From: Meiothermus sp.
GTDB lineage: Bacteria > Deinococcota > Deinococci > Deinococcales > Thermaceae
Length of the DNA stretch: 64,000 bases
Direction of reading: 5' to 3'
Assembly: GCA_033762915.1 (NCBI GenBank)
Contig: JANRLD010000078.1
Span: 9,550 to 73,549 of the forward strand
Both the position numbers and the translations under genes were made by a program. The notes below the pieces were generated by a model. It worked only from the letters and a program-made list of their open reading frames with translations. It searched no databases and was not told the DNA's origin. Of the stretch, positions 63,548-64,000 are shown piece after piece. Position 1 is the stretch's first letter. Each line of letters starts with the position of its first letter.

Positions 63548-63861
63548 CAGCGGCCTCCTACGACCTTAAGCTCGAGCTCCACGCCGGTGGGGAGGTCCAA
63601 GTTCCGCAGCCCCTCGATGGTCTTGGGGGTGGGGTCGGAGATCTCCACCAGGCGGTTGTGGGTGCGGAGCTCGAAGTGCTCTCTGGAGTCTTTGTGCTTG
63701 AAGGGGCCGCGCAAAACGGTGAAGCGGCGGATGCGGGTGGGCAGGGGGACAGGCCCCGCAACCTCTACCCCGGTGCGGCGGGCGGTCTCCACAATTTTGG
63801 CCGCTGAAGCGTCCAACGACTTGTGGTCGAAGCCCCGAAGCTTGATACGAATCTTTGGCAT
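63547..63861 (-). CDS. rpsJ: 30S ribosomal protein S10
   Basis: [24 protein letters not shown]. Confidence 0.98.
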   Translation of the reverse strand: MPKIRIKLRGFDHKSLDASAAKIVETARRTGVEVAGPVPLPTRIRRFTVLRGPFKHKDSREHFELRTHNRLVEISDPTPKTIEGLRNLDLPTGVELELKVVGGR

Positions 63862-63875
63862 TATGGGGCTCCTTC

Positions 63876-64000
63876 CTACTCGACGATCTTGGCGACGACG
63901 CCCGCGCCGACGGTACGGCCGCCCTCGCGGATGGCGAAGCGCAGGCCCTCCTCCATCGCGATGGGCTTGATCAGCTCCACCGTGAAGGTGATGTTGTCCC
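63876..64000 (-). CDS. tuf: Elongation factor Tu, C-terminal fragment
   Basis: ..[34 protein letters not shown]. Confidence 0.97.
   Translation of the reverse strand, partial: DNITFTVELIKPIAMEEGLRFAIREGGRTVGAGVVAKIVE

Overview
High-GC (about 66% by eye) chromosomal window from a Deinococcus-Thermus bacterium, most likely a Meiothermus-like Thermaceae member. This is inferred from the archaeal-type ProRS, the ribosomal protein sequences, frequent leaderless starts and very frequent CTCGAG. 1-23.5 kb: mixed housekeeping genes (acetylxylan esterase, GMC oxidoreductase, clpS, lepB, hom, queG, proS, a DUF4388/MglA/MglB module, a UbiA-like gene) and a zinc-starvation locus (Cys-free L33, COG0523, a Cys-tailed flavoprotein, a decayed znuA, twin palindromes). 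23.5-40 kb: an unusual sugar-catabolic island (ABC importer, MtnK-like kinase, DhaK/DhaL, FGGY kinase, aldo-keto reductase, E1a/E1b/E2) tied together by an identical LacI-type operator. 40-46.9 kb: cytochrome c, rlmN, an MFS transporter, a GT4 and a CapD-like gene. 46.9-64 kb: S10-spc-alpha ribosomal cluster on the minus strand, ending in the 3' part of tuf. The best novelty candidates are a signal-peptide-bearing ORF ending in a RAPP arrest-like motif directly upstream of signal peptidase I, a predicted pseudoknot leader before rpsD, the sugar island, and structured dispersed repeats. No CRISPR array, rRNA, tRNA or intact transposase was seen. All product calls are by motif recognition only, with no database search.
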